From a virus, in IMG/VR virus record IMGVR_UViG_3300025647_000030, positions 3,941 through 67,940 of that record: a DNA stretch of 64,000 nucleotides. One strand, given 5' to 3'. This document shows, piece after piece, positions 1 to 10,496 of this stretch (its first letter is position 1; every line of letters starts with the position of its first letter). The notes beneath the pieces are model-generated. The model searched no databases. It worked only from the letters and a program-made list of their open reading frames with translations, and had not been told where the DNA came from. A program made the translations under genes and the position numbers.

Positions 1-531
1 CAGGGTTATAGATTTATTAGTCACTTCAATGCTATTACTAATTCTATTAGTGGTGGTTTTGGTTCAACTGCTATTGTACATGATATTAAGAATAAAAATG
101 CAAAACTTCATACATATACATATTCACAAGATAATAAAAAAGATTATAGTAAAAAACCATTTACTAATATTGATGGTATGTCAAAAACAAATATCGTTTA
201 TCAACCATATTTGGATTATTCAATCGAATCTGGTAAGGATACCATATCAACAAAGTATTATAAGTGGAGAGGTTCTAGAAGATCAAATTTATTAAAATTA
301 GATACTAATAGATTAATTGTATCTATTGCAGGTCGTATAGATATATATGATCAATTAGGTAAAATGGTAACTGTAGATTTACCAAAGAATAATGATGAAG
401 ATGATGGTAAATATTATGATACACATTATAAATTTGCTTGGGTTATTTTGGCTATGAGACATGTTTGGACACAAAAATCTTTTATGACATATATTGAACT
501 TGGTAAGAAACGATTGGATAAATCAATATGA
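1..531 (+). CDS. Baseplate hub protein (gp27/VgrG-like), 3' part; runs off the left edge
   Basis: Frame is open from position 1 (QGYRFISHF...) through the track ORF 178..531. It overlaps the gp5 start (ATGA). C-terminus ...GKMVTVDLP...WVILAMRHVWTQKSFMTYIELGK resembles hub proteins found upstream of gp5. Confidence 0.55.
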   Translation, partial: QGYRFISHFNAITNSISGGFGSTAIVHDIKNKNAKLHTYTYSQDNKKDYSKKPFTNIDGMSKTNIVYQPYLDYSIESGKDTISTKYYKWRGSRRSNLLKLDTNRLIVSIAGRIDIYDQLGKMVTVDLPKNNDEDDGKYYDTHYKFAWVILAMRHVWTQKSFMTYIELGKKRLDKSI

Positions 532-1826
532 TAGATAATCAAATAGAGAATGGTGGATTTTCATTCGGTAATTTTAATTGGTGGTTTGGTGTAGTTGAAA
601 AACGAGATGATCCTGAAAAATTAGGTAGACTTCGCGTAAGAATTCTAGGATATAATTCACCTGATACATCCGATATAAAATCTGAAAAGCTAATATGGGC
701 TTATCCAATTCAACCAATTATATCATCTGCTATGAACGGAATTGGTTTATCGCCAACGGGTATTGTAGAAGGTACTTGGGTATTTGGATTTTATCGTGAT
801 GGCCATTTCGCGCAAGACCCAGTTATACTTGGAACAGCAGGTGGTATTCCTTCCGATAAGAAACAATTTAAGGGTGGTGATGGATTTATTGATCCTCTGG
901 GTACTTATCCTAGAGATGACTTCATTGGTGAATCTGATACAAATAGATTGGCTAGAAATGATCCACCAGACGATTCTGGTGATAAGCCACAAACTATATT
1001 AGAAAAACAGAAAAGCGGTGAATCTCAAAAAGTACCTATTGCATTAGAGGGTTTGTCAAAGCAAGTCGCTCAAGCTAAACAACATAAGCAGGATGTTGAA
1101 GAAAAGAAAAATTGGACTGAGAAAGTCACTACATACAATGCACTCTATCCATTCAATCATGTTAAAGAAACCGAATCTGGTCATATTGAAGAATGGGATG
1201 ATACTAGGGATGCTGAACGATTTAAACGTTGGCATCGGTGTGGTACCTTTATTGAAGAACATAATGATGGAGATGTTGTACGTAGAGTTAAAAGAAATAA
1301 TTATGAATTGATTATGGGTGAGAATTTTGTTCAGGTTATTGGCGACTGTTCAATTACTATTGGTGCTGGTGATGATTTTGGTACTATAGAATCTGATGAA
1401 ATGGATTGGACAAAAGAAGATTCTAATCCAAATATTGAACGCGGTGAAGAACCACATCTAAAAGATGTTCCTGAAATGTGGGATGAAGAATTGGATGATG
1501 ACGCATATGTTGATCCGGACTTAGATGTTAAGAAATATAAAAAAGCATGGAAAAATGAGAGAAATATTGGTAAATCATCTTTGAATCTATTGGTTAAGGG
1601 GGATGTAAACCTTGAAGTTGAAGGTGATAGATATGAGAAGGTTCATGGTAAAATGGAATTATATGTTGAGAAAGATTTGCATATAAAGAGTGGTGGAACT
1701 ATTTACGCCGATGGTGGACCCGATATACATCTGAATAAACCCGGACCCACTCTTGATGTTGAATCTATTGCTTCTCCTGATTGGAGTTCAAATAAAAAAG
1801 GTAGAATAGATCCAGATGAGCAATGA
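528..1826 (+). CDS. gp5: Baseplate central spike gp5 (OB-fold plus beta-helix, no lysozyme domain)
   Basis: WWFGVVEKRDDPEKLGRLRVRILG...GIVEGTWVFGFYRDG..AQDPVILG (gp5 OB-fold) and YPFNHVKETESGHIEEWDDT..AER (gp5 C-terminal region). Confidence 0.92.
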   Translation: MIDNQIENGGFSFGNFNWWFGVVEKRDDPEKLGRLRVRILGYNSPDTSDIKSEKLIWAYPIQPIISSAMNGIGLSPTGIVEGTWVFGFYRDGHFAQDPVILGTAGGIPSDKKQFKGGDGFIDPLGTYPRDDFIGESDTNRLARNDPPDDSGDKPQTILEKQKSGESQKVPIALEGLSKQVAQAKQHKQDVEEKKNWTEKVTTYNALYPFNHVKETESGHIEEWDDTRDAERFKRWHRCGTFIEEHNDGDVVRRVKRNNYELIMGENFVQVIGDCSITIGAGDDFGTIESDEMDWTKEDSNPNIERGEEPHLKDVPEMWDEELDDDAYVDPDLDVKKYKKAWKNERNIGKSSLNLLVKGDVNLEVEGDRYEKVHGKMELYVEKDLHIKSGGTIYADGGPDIHLNKPGPTLDVESIASPDWSSNKKGRIDPDEQ

Positions 1827-4800
1827 ATTAGTTCTACGAAATCAAGGTGAGTGGGAATTTCCCTATTATGATCCAAGCTATCAAAAAACCGATAGAATTA
1901 TCGAAATGGCGATTAACTCAAAATATATCGCCTACTCCTTTAGTGGTTATAGAGAAGATTTACTTGATTATTATGAATACATAGAAATACGTGATTTGGA
2001 AACTAATGATCTAGTTACCACATTATATACAACTCTTATGTATGATGAAACATTTGGTGGCGCTATGGCCATGAATGAAAATTATCTTGCTGTAGGTACA
2101 GGGGGCATATTTGCTGATTATGGATATCCCAATACTAGCAGAATTGAAGTCTTTAATTTAAATACGTTTGAATTTGAATATGAAATTACTGAACCAACAT
2201 TACAGCAAGTAGAAAATCATTTATCAAGCTATACTAGTAATACATTAAATGTTTATGATGGCTATATTGGATCGTTTAATTCAACCAATGGCATGAAACT
2301 ACAACTAACAAATGATGATAATTTAATATCGCTTACTGATATTAGTGTTTCTTGCATTATTGATGCACCCGTACAAATTTATACATTTAATGAGTATGGT
2401 CCACAAAATGGTTATGCAAATGTGGGTGTTACTCAGAAAAATACAGTAACAATAGATGGTCGGGATCCAGATAATTATGATAATATTTTAGAAAATTATG
2501 CTGAATATACACCATTCATAGAAACAGATTATCAATTAGTTTTTGATGGATACTATGATGATAGAGCATTTAATTTAAATTGTCCTTTTCCAGTTGTATA
2601 TTTAAATGTAGAATATGCCGCAAATGAAACATGGTTAAATGCTAACTCAATAATAACATTTGGTGATTCGACTTTTGAATATAATTTTGATTATTCTTAT
2701 CCTGAACTTCCAAAAATATTTATAGATTATAGTGATGGATCCATACATAAAATATATGAAAAAACTATCGGTGATATTGGAAATAGAACACATCATGTCG
2801 TACCACATTTTTCGTTTGAACGTGATGAATATGGTAATATTGATTTAATATATGAAATTATTTTTCATGAAGCAGAACCTTGGCGTATTGATATTTTAAT
2901 TCATCATAGAGAACCGAATCCACAGTTTTATAATAACATGAACGGTTATGATTTGAATGTGGGTGATGAACTGATTTCACTTAATTTATTATATAGTTAT
3001 GACTTAAAGAATAATAATTTTATAGATTTCTATAGAATATTTGATGCAAATATAAATTATTTAAACGAGATGGTTAGAATCTCCGGAGAAAGCTTCGCGC
3101 AGGCTTTTGGTTCCGAATTTGCTATTGAAAATGATGGTACTGTTGCTTTATCATATTTTAGATCCTATGATACAATACCACCTACTTGGGTGGATGAATC
3201 AAATGTGGGTGCTTTAATATTTGACACATATAGTCATGAATTGATTAGCGATAATATTATGATTGGTGAAAACTCAATTGAAGTTGATAGTAATTACGTT
3301 TATACCGTTGGCACAAACATTGTTAATGCTAATGATTCCACTCCATTACAACCTATAACTGGAAAATACGCATATAGGTTTGATGTTAATGCACAATTTA
3401 AAGTATATACATCATTAACTATAGATACATATAATGATAATTTTCTGAAATATTCCAGAATATATGTTGATAAATTTTATTCAGTTAATACACAAAATAT
3501 AAATGGTTCTTATGTACAACATGGAGAAATAACACCAGTAGTTGATGAAAATCATCCAGATTATAATGGGTTTGATGATACATTCGGACAAGATGTATTT
3601 TTATTGGATGATAAAATTTATATTACATCATCAAAATATCAATCAATATATGTTTTTAATGCGGAAACTTTACAATTAATAACCGAATTTAAAAATCCAA
3701 TAAGCACCAATTTATATTTCGGTGAATATGTTTCTTTTAGTGATTCTACAATTGCTTGTTCGGTTTTTGATTCCGTAGCAAATACTAATTCTGTATTGAT
3801 ATATGACATTAATACATTTGATCTACTTCTGACAATTAACGATCCTAATAATTATACGGGTAGTATGTTTGGTCGTTTATATGATACGTATTCAAAAACT
3901 ATTGCTATGACTGATACGAGAATTATAATATCGGATCCAGCATATTTAAATGATGTTGGAAATGGAATAGTTTATGTTTTTAATATTATCTATGGAAATC
4001 TAATACATCAAACAGAAAACATACATAGTGGCACAATTGATTTTGGTTTTGCCGTTGATTTGGATTCACAATATTATTATGTTTGCTGTCCAAATATAAC
4101 TTCAATATTTTCATTAGAAACGGGCAATACCATTAATTCAATATCTAATTCTGGGTATTCAATAGACGTTAGCGATAGTTATATTTATTTAATAGACAGT
4201 CCGACAGTTGATTCTATACAAACAATTACAGTTTTGGATAAAAATGATTTTTCAGTTTTTGCATTGGCACCAACAACAATTAGAGTAAATGCATCTGAAG
4301 GTTTTAAAAGAATAAAAGAATTTTCCGATAAAATTTATTTAAGTATTCCGGAGAGAAATCTATTAGATGAAAAAATATTCGATGAGCAACATGACTATAG
4401 TAAAATACTTTCATTTCCAACAAATCATTTAATTCAAGAATTTGGTTCTATTGTTGATTTTGAATTATTATCCGGAAGATCGTCGATTATTTCAAATTAT
4501 ATAACATATAGTTCCGATTCTAGACTTAATGATAATTTTGGACATGATATTGCATTATCTCCAGATGGTAAAACACTCTACGCATACGGTAGAACAAATG
4601 ATACTTTTAATGAAGATAAAGTTTATGTAATTGATACCGAAACAAAATTAGTTAAGCATATTATAGAGAATCCAAATTTGGGTACAGCCTATGGTGATTT
4701 AGCTGATCTTTTTGGAAGAAGAAGTTTTAGTCAGGATCCCGGTACTACTATCGCGGCTGTTGATAATTATATTATCATTGGCGCAATGTCCGAAGATTCA

Positions 4801-7800
4801 AATATTAATGGCGTTGATGTTTCTAATACAGGTATAGTATATGTTTTTGATGCTACAACATATGAATTGTTATATACGTGGGAAACAGATGATTACTATT
4901 GGAGTAATTTTTTTGGTAGTAAAATAAGGGCATATGGTGACCATGTATTATGTTCTGGTATAGTATCCGCTAAATTATATAGTTTATCTACTGGTTTAGA
5001 ATTGTGGGATGGCTATTCTACTTATCAAAATTCATATCTGGGTTATGATATTGCTATCTCCGATAAGTACTTTGCTATTGGTGGTGCAGAAGGCGCTACT
5101 AAATTTGTAGATGTTTATGATATTTTAACGAAAACGTTGTTAACTAGATATACGCTTCAGATTGATCGTGGTGCAGTAGATATAATTGGTGATACATTAC
5201 TTGTAGATAAAGAAAACTCAACAAATATCTATACTATTGATATTTTAACGGAAGTAATATCTGAAGTTACAATTGATCCGGCAAAAAACACAAGCAGGAT
5301 TAGAATAGAGCATAATGATTCTTATATTTTTGTAGTTGATTATGATCATAATGAACATTATGCTGTCAGCGTATTGACTCATAATTTTGCAATTGTCAAC
5401 CAGTATATTGACACATCATTAGCACGTCCGGATTTTATTCAAGATAATTTTCAAGTAGGATCTTTTGCCGGATCATTAGCATTTGCAAATGATAATAAAA
5501 TATATTTCGGTTGGCCAAATTATTGGAGTATTTATGGTGAAGAATCTGGTAGAATTGAAATATTTTCTTTTGATAATGATTTACTTGAATTTACATGGAA
5601 TGATTGGATTGAAGCAATTGAGGATTCTAATGGAACAATACCGGCTGTTGATACGAATGTAAATTATTCAATAAGTGGTTTAAAGTCAAATGATAGATGG
5701 GAAATTATTGGACATGTTAGTGGTCCTCATGTACCTGAACCTACTGTAAATAATGCTGATTGGACTGTTGAGGTTATCGACAAGTATTATGAAACAACTT
5801 TTCCTAATATAAGATTGAGGAGATATACATCACCATCATTATACTATCGTGATGATGGTTTTGGTAAAGTTGTTGAGATTTCAGATAATGGTATAATGGC
5901 TATTTCGGCTCCAGATCACTGGGATGGTTCATTAATACCTTATGCCGGTATTGTTTATTTATTTGATTTAACATCAAATCAGATGACCTATACTAATTGG
6001 ATTGAAGAACCAACTACCGCATCAAATCATTATTTTGGTTCAATTTCATCAATATCACCAAATGGCAGATATTTATCTATTGGAAATACAGTTGGTAATG
6101 TTTACGTTTATGATTTAATTTCGACTCCAACATTAGTAGCCACTTTAGATAGTACAACAGGAAATTTACAGTTTGGTCGAGGTATAGCATCATCAAACGA
6201 TTATGTTGCTATTGTGGATAATAAATTTGTTGAAATATTTTCATTAGTTGATTTTAGTCTATTAGCAACGATTGATCCATCAATCGATGCTCCTTTAGGT
6301 GTAAACTTTAACAGAATATTTGAAAAATATATTAAAATTCAAGGTAATAAATTATTTATTCCAATTGATCAAAATTCAAAATATATTTTAATATATGATT
6401 TAACAGATATAAACTCGGTATCTTTTATTAAATATATTGATGTTCAAACTACTAGTTATTTTTCTTATGATGTTTGTGGTGCTTATTTGGCTGTAGGTAC
6501 TAATAAAGTATTGGTGTATGATAATCAAGATAATGCATATCCTCTAATTAAAGAATATTCAAGTTATGCATATGCTAATCTAATGGTTTATGATACATTC
6601 GCTATTTCCAATGATGGTAGAATATTGCACCAATATAATGACTCAACAATTATTAGTTTAGATGATATAATATTTGACATGTTTGATTATTATGAAAGAA
6701 TAGGTAAGAATATACGTGATCTGAAATCAGAAAATGAAATGTTGGAAATTAAAGTATATGATAAAAATAATGGAGATTTTTTAGATTCAAATACAATAGG
6801 TGGTTCTCAAGTTTATCAAAATAATTTTAATAGTTCCGCTGGTGGTTTTTACACTACAAGGCTGGATGTTGAAGATTATGATATTAGAAACACATATTCA
6901 GTTGAAATGAAAGGAGCATGTTTGGTTATTTCTAATCCATATGAAGTTTATTATGATAACAATGGAAATTTAGTTGAAGGTGCAATTCGCGTTGTCAAAA
7001 AGAGTACATTAAATGAAATATTCTATTATAGAGAAAAAAATCTTTTTGAATCTGGATATACGAATAATATAGATCAATCAATAACTAAAAATAGATTTGT
7101 TAGTTGGACTGGAGATGAGGTTTTTAATCTTTATGATAGAGTTATAATCAACAGTAATAAAATTGTATCTTTAACAGATACATCATATGACGATATTGAT
7201 ACTCAAGGACCAAATTTTTTCTGGGGTGTTTGGGATTATTCATGTGGATGTAAAATAACTTATATAACTTCATCCACACTATACAATGATTATCTACCAT
7301 TAACTGAAACCGAACATAATGATGATTATCCTGAAGTAGCCATGGAAAATTATGAATTCTATAAAAAGATAGAATATACTGCTGATTCAGAACCAGAAAT
7401 ATTTGAAATTGTTTCGGGTGAACTACCGAATGGATTGGATATTGATTTACATACACTTGAAATTACTGGTATACCAACACTTGGCTGTAATATAGAGAAT
7501 GGAAATATTCCGTTTAATCAATGGCATATTAATGAGGATTCATATAGACAGGCGACACCATCTTTTGAATATACAATTATTATTAAAGCAGATTGTGATG
7601 AAGATTCTTTTCCATATACGATACCTGTTTATCCAAACTGGACTCCGTATAAAGATGCACTTAATAATTCTGAGCAATATTTTGAAAGACCAATTAAAAA
7701 TAAAATAATTACTGAATATGAATATACATATGAAAAAACAATCGGTTCGGAATTATGCCCATGCGGTACTGAATTAACAACCGAAATAAAAACTTCTACT

Positions 7801-7989
7801 ATTATTGAAAATAAGTATAAATACCAACATAACGATTTAATTGAACATTTCGAAACAGAATCTACATGTACGCCATTTAGGTTAACTGAAAATAACGAAC
7901 AATTAATTATAACAGAAGAAAAAATAAAACCCAAAGTAACATCAAAATTAAAACCTATAGATAAAACGGGTTTATGTTGTGAGGAATAA
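1816..7989 (+). CDS. 2057-aa virion protein with multiple FG-GAP/WD-like beta-propeller repeats and a C-terminal Ig-like domain (gp5.1 position)
   Basis: Recurrent FG-x-x-(V/I)A motifs followed by G-x-VY(V/L)FD. IVSGELPNGLDIDLHTLEITGIPT is a putative Ig-like motif. Lies between gp5 and PAAR. Confidence 0.65.
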   Translation: MSNELVLRNQGEWEFPYYDPSYQKTDRIIEMAINSKYIAYSFSGYREDLLDYYEYIEIRDLETNDLVTTLYTTLMYDETFGGAMAMNENYLAVGTGGIFADYGYPNTSRIEVFNLNTFEFEYEITEPTLQQVENHLSSYTSNTLNVYDGYIGSFNSTNGMKLQLTNDDNLISLTDISVSCIIDAPVQIYTFNEYGPQNGYANVGVTQKNTVTIDGRDPDNYDNILENYAEYTPFIETDYQLVFDGYYDDRAFNLNCPFPVVYLNVEYAANETWLNANSIITFGDSTFEYNFDYSYPELPKIFIDYSDGSIHKIYEKTIGDIGNRTHHVVPHFSFERDEYGNIDLIYEIIFHEAEPWRIDILIHHREPNPQFYNNMNGYDLNVGDELISLNLLYSYDLKNNNFIDFYRIFDANINYLNEMVRISGESFAQAFGSEFAIENDGTVALSYFRSYDTIPPTWVDESNVGALIFDTYSHELISDNIMIGENSIEVDSNYVYTVGTNIVNANDSTPLQPITGKYAYRFDVNAQFKVYTSLTIDTYNDNFLKYSRIYVDKFYSVNTQNINGSYVQHGEITPVVDENHPDYNGFDDTFGQDVFLLDDKIYITSSKYQSIYVFNAETLQLITEFKNPISTNLYFGEYVSFSDSTIACSVFDSVANTNSVLIYDINTFDLLLTINDPNNYTGSMFGRLYDTYSKTIAMTDTRIIISDPAYLNDVGNGIVYVFNIIYGNLIHQTENIHSGTIDFGFAVDLDSQYYYVCCPNITSIFSLETGNTINSISNSGYSIDVSDSYIYLIDSPTVDSIQTITVLDKNDFSVFALAPTTIRVNASEGFKRIKEFSDKIYLSIPERNLLDEKIFDEQHDYSKILSFPTNHLIQEFGSIVDFELLSGRSSIISNYITYSSDSRLNDNFGHDIALSPDGKTLYAYGRTNDTFNEDKVYVIDTETKLVKHIIENPNLGTAYGDLADLFGRRSFSQDPGTTIAAVDNYIIIGAMSEDSNINGVDVSNTGIVYVFDATTYELLYTWETDDYYWSNFFGSKIRAYGDHVLCSGIVSAKLYSLSTGLELWDGYSTYQNSYLGYDIAISDKYFAIGGAEGATKFVDVYDILTKTLLTRYTLQIDRGAVDIIGDTLLVDKENSTNIYTIDILTEVISEVTIDPAKNTSRIRIEHNDSYIFVVDYDHNEHYAVSVLTHNFAIVNQYIDTSLARPDFIQDNFQVGSFAGSLAFANDNKIYFGWPNYWSIYGEESGRIEIFSFDNDLLEFTWNDWIEAIEDSNGTIPAVDTNVNYSISGLKSNDRWEIIGHVSGPHVPEPTVNNADWTVEVIDKYYETTFPNIRLRRYTSPSLYYRDDGFGKVVEISDNGIMAISAPDHWDGSLIPYAGIVYLFDLTSNQMTYTNWIEEPTTASNHYFGSISSISPNGRYLSIGNTVGNVYVYDLISTPTLVATLDSTTGNLQFGRGIASSNDYVAIVDNKFVEIFSLVDFSLLATIDPSIDAPLGVNFNRIFEKYIKIQGNKLFIPIDQNSKYILIYDLTDINSVSFIKYIDVQTTSYFSYDVCGAYLAVGTNKVLVYDNQDNAYPLIKEYSSYAYANLMVYDTFAISNDGRILHQYNDSTIISLDDIIFDMFDYYERIGKNIRDLKSENEMLEIKVYDKNNGDFLDSNTIGGSQVYQNNFNSSAGGFYTTRLDVEDYDIRNTYSVEMKGACLVISNPYEVYYDNNGNLVEGAIRVVKKSTLNEIFYYREKNLFESGYTNNIDQSITKNRFVSWTGDEVFNLYDRVIINSNKIVSLTDTSYDDIDTQGPNFFWGVWDYSCGCKITYITSSTLYNDYLPLTETEHNDDYPEVAMENYEFYKKIEYTADSEPEIFEIVSGELPNGLDIDLHTLEITGIPTLGCNIENGNIPFNQWHINEDSYRQATPSFEYTIIIKADCDEDSFPYTIPVYPNWTPYKDALNNSEQYFERPIKNKIITEYEYTYEKTIGSELCPCGTELTTEIKTSTIIENKYKYQHNDLIEHFETESTCTPFRLTENNEQLIITEEKIKPKVTSKLKPIDKTGLCCEE

Positions 7990-8045
7990 TAAATTTAACA
8001 GAGCATATCATATGAATAATTTAGAAAAATTAATAGGAGAATATC

Positions 8046-8342
8046 ATGCCCAGTGTACACCGATTAGGTGATTTTTGCACTGGGCATGGTTAACTAGGTT
8101 GTTTCCCAACTAGAATGAATGATGAAGCAAGTGATGATGTTTTTGTCAATGACATAGGTTGGCATCGTGAAGATGATCATTGGGTTAACCATTGCTGTGC
8201 TATATCTTGTCATGATTCATATTTGCTAGCCGGTTCTTCTACTGTTTTTGTCAATGACAAACAGGCGGCTAGAGTTAATGATCCAGTTGCTTGTGGTAGT
8301 TTCTGCTTAGATGGATCGGAAAATGTATTCGCCGGAGGATAA
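8046..8342 (+). CDS. gp5.4: PAAR spike-tip protein (gp5.4-like), interrupted by an in-frame TAA at 8091-8093 (recoded gene or pseudogene)
   Basis: AGGAG RBS at 8035-8039, ATG at 8046. Translation MPSVHRLGDFCTGHG*LGCFPTR...VFVND...HCCAISCHDS.L.AGSSTVFVNDKQAARVNDPVACGS...GSENVFAGG. The track ORF 8115..8342 is the in-frame 3' part. Confidence 0.85.
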
Positions 8343-8345
8343 TAA

Positions 8346-8726
8346 ATGTCATTTTACGCTGACTTAGATTTGGATTTTTTAATGCATCCAATGAATTCAG
8401 ATATTTCTAGGAAATATGATGAACAAGCAATTGCTAGATCGATAAAAAATCTAATATTAACCAATAAATATGAAAGATTATTTAATGTGGATGTTTATGG
8501 TGGAATTTCTGCTTTACTATTTGAGCCGGCTGATATTGTTACATTACATACACTTGAAGGTAAAATTAAAAGCGTAATAAACAGATATGAACCTAGGGTT
8601 AAAGATGTTTCCGTTGAATGTTATATAAATTCAAGTGGTGATGGTGTTGATACTACTATATTTTTTACACCCATAAATAATAGAATACCCACACAAATAA
8701 CACTTTATCTAAAACGAGTAAGGTAA
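8346..8726 (+). CDS. gp25: Baseplate wedge subunit gp25
   Basis: YADLDLDF..HP...D....DEQAIARSIKNLILT.KYERLF...G.....LLFEP...INRYEPRV; lies just before gp6. Confidence 0.92.
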   Translation: MSFYADLDLDFLMHPMNSDISRKYDEQAIARSIKNLILTNKYERLFNVDVYGGISALLFEPADIVTLHTLEGKIKSVINRYEPRVKDVSVECYINSSGDGVDTTIFFTPINNRIPTQITLYLKRVR

Positions 8727-8732
8727 AAACAA

Positions 8733-10496
8733 ATGGCTAACACATTAATAAAACAAGATTTAGATTTTAAATCAATTAAGAAAAACTTAATTGAATATCT
8801 AAAAACCCAAGATGAATTTAAAGATTACGAATATCTTGGTTCTGCTATGAATATCTTAACCGATCTTCTTGCTTATAATACTCATTATATGGGGTATTAT
8901 GCTCATATGTTAGCTAATGAATCTATGATTGAATCGATTCTTAGAAAAGAAAATATGAATTCGAAAGCTAAATTCTTTAATTATTTACCTAAATCTAAGA
9001 AAGCATCTAAAGCATTAGTTACAATAACTGTACCGAATCCATCTCCAAACACAAGTGTAAAAATTGATAGAGGTGAATCTTTTAACGCAAAAAGAGATAA
9101 TCCAACACTATCAGATATTAGAACATTTATACTTACAGATGATTTATATATCTATTATAACGCCGAAACTGGAGACTATACTTCAACTGAAGTTTTATTA
9201 TATGAAGGTGAATTCATAACACAATTATTTAAATCTGGTCCGGAAAAACGATATGTTATTAATGATAATGATATTGATACTGACACATTAAAGGTAGTTG
9301 TTAAAGAAAATGAAAATTCTACAGTATCAACAACATATACATTGGCTGATGATTTTACAAATATTAATGGTGAATCTCAGGTTTATTTTTTAAACTTGAA
9401 CGAAAATGATCAGTATGAAATATCATTTGGTAATGATGTTTATGGAAAATCTGTTAATGACTATTCATATATTGAAGTAACTTTCGTATCAACTAATGGA
9501 TCATTAGGTAATAGTGTAACTGCTTTTAGTGCGCCAGAAGGAATTACTTCCGTCAATGTTATTGAAAATTCAACAGATGGAACCGATGCTGAAACGCTAG
9601 AAGATTTACGACACAATATAAAACATCATTACCGCAGACAAAACCGTTTGGTTACAGTAGATGATTTTAAAAATATAGTATTGTCTGAATATAAAAATAT
9701 TAATTCGGTGAATGTTTGGGGTGGTGAAGATAACATACCAAAAGCATATGGTAAAGTATTTGTTTCAATTAAACCACTGTTCGGTGAAGTTTTGTCAAAT
9801 GAAACAAATAAACAAATATTGAATAAACTTAAAAAATACACAATGGCAACAATTGAACCTGTTATTGTTGATCCAGAATATACCTATATTAATTTAGATG
9901 TTTATGTTAAGAATAACACGTTATTAACAAGTTTACGTCAGGGTGAACTGAAGAAATTAATAATCGATGAAATAAATTATTATAATACAGAAATTTTAAA
10001 TAAGTTTGATTCTTATTATTCCGATGTTAAATTAAATACAAGAATCATGTCGCTATCTACTAGTTTCATGTCAACTTATAATAAGATAGTATTGGAAAAA
10101 AGATTCATACCAAATTTATTATCCAGTGAAACTTATTTTATATATTTTTTGAATAAAATTGATGAAACCACTGTTACATCAAATAACTTCTATTTTAGAA
10201 ATAAAATTACAAAAATTGCCGATGATGGTTTAGGAAATGTAATAGCATTTTTCTATGATGAAAATAAAAAGGAATTTATTAAGTATTCAAATGAAACATT
10301 TGGTACTGTTGATTACGAACAGGGTATTGTGAAAATTTCTGATATTGTTTTCTCAAAACTTATTGAGGATGATATTAAGGTTTTTGCAAATCCAATCAAT
10401 CCTTTATTCTTTGCTAAACTGAACAATATTATTTCAATAGATAATGTTCAGATTTTCATTGAAGATTATCATGGTAGAGAAAGCGAAAAATCATGA
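8733..10496 (+). CDS. gp6: Baseplate wedge subunit gp6
   Basis: LDFKSIKKNL..YL..QDEFKDYEY.GSAMNILTDLLAYNTHY; QNRLVTVDDF; VWGGEDN.PKAYGKVFVSIKP. Confidence 0.95.
   Translation: MANTLIKQDLDFKSIKKNLIEYLKTQDEFKDYEYLGSAMNILTDLLAYNTHYMGYYAHMLANESMIESILRKENMNSKAKFFNYLPKSKKASKALVTITVPNPSPNTSVKIDRGESFNAKRDNPTLSDIRTFILTDDLYIYYNAETGDYTSTEVLLYEGEFITQLFKSGPEKRYVINDNDIDTDTLKVVVKENENSTVSTTYTLADDFTNINGESQVYFLNLNENDQYEISFGNDVYGKSVNDYSYIEVTFVSTNGSLGNSVTAFSAPEGITSVNVIENSTDGTDAETLEDLRHNIKHHYRRQNRLVTVDDFKNIVLSEYKNINSVNVWGGEDNIPKAYGKVFVSIKPLFGEVLSNETNKQILNKLKKYTMATIEPVIVDPEYTYINLDVYVKNNTLLTSLRQGELKKLIIDEINYYNTEILNKFDSYYSDVKLNTRIMSLSTSFMSTYNKIVLEKRFIPNLLSSETYFIYFLNKIDETTVTSNNFYFRNKITKIADDGLGNVIAFFYDENKKEFIKYSNETFGTVDYEQGIVKISDIVFSKLIEDDIKVFANPINPLFFAKLNNIISIDNVQIFIEDYHGRESEKS

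Noticed and set aside
29-295. 88-aa ORF at the window start
   Set aside because: Overlaps the frame-1 hub gene, which is open from position 1.
8091-8093. Genome-wide stop-codon reassignment explaining the PAAR TAA
   Set aside because: TAA ends most genes here (gp6 aside, e.g. gp25, gp18, gp23) at their expected C-termini, and other genes are uninterrupted under the standard code.
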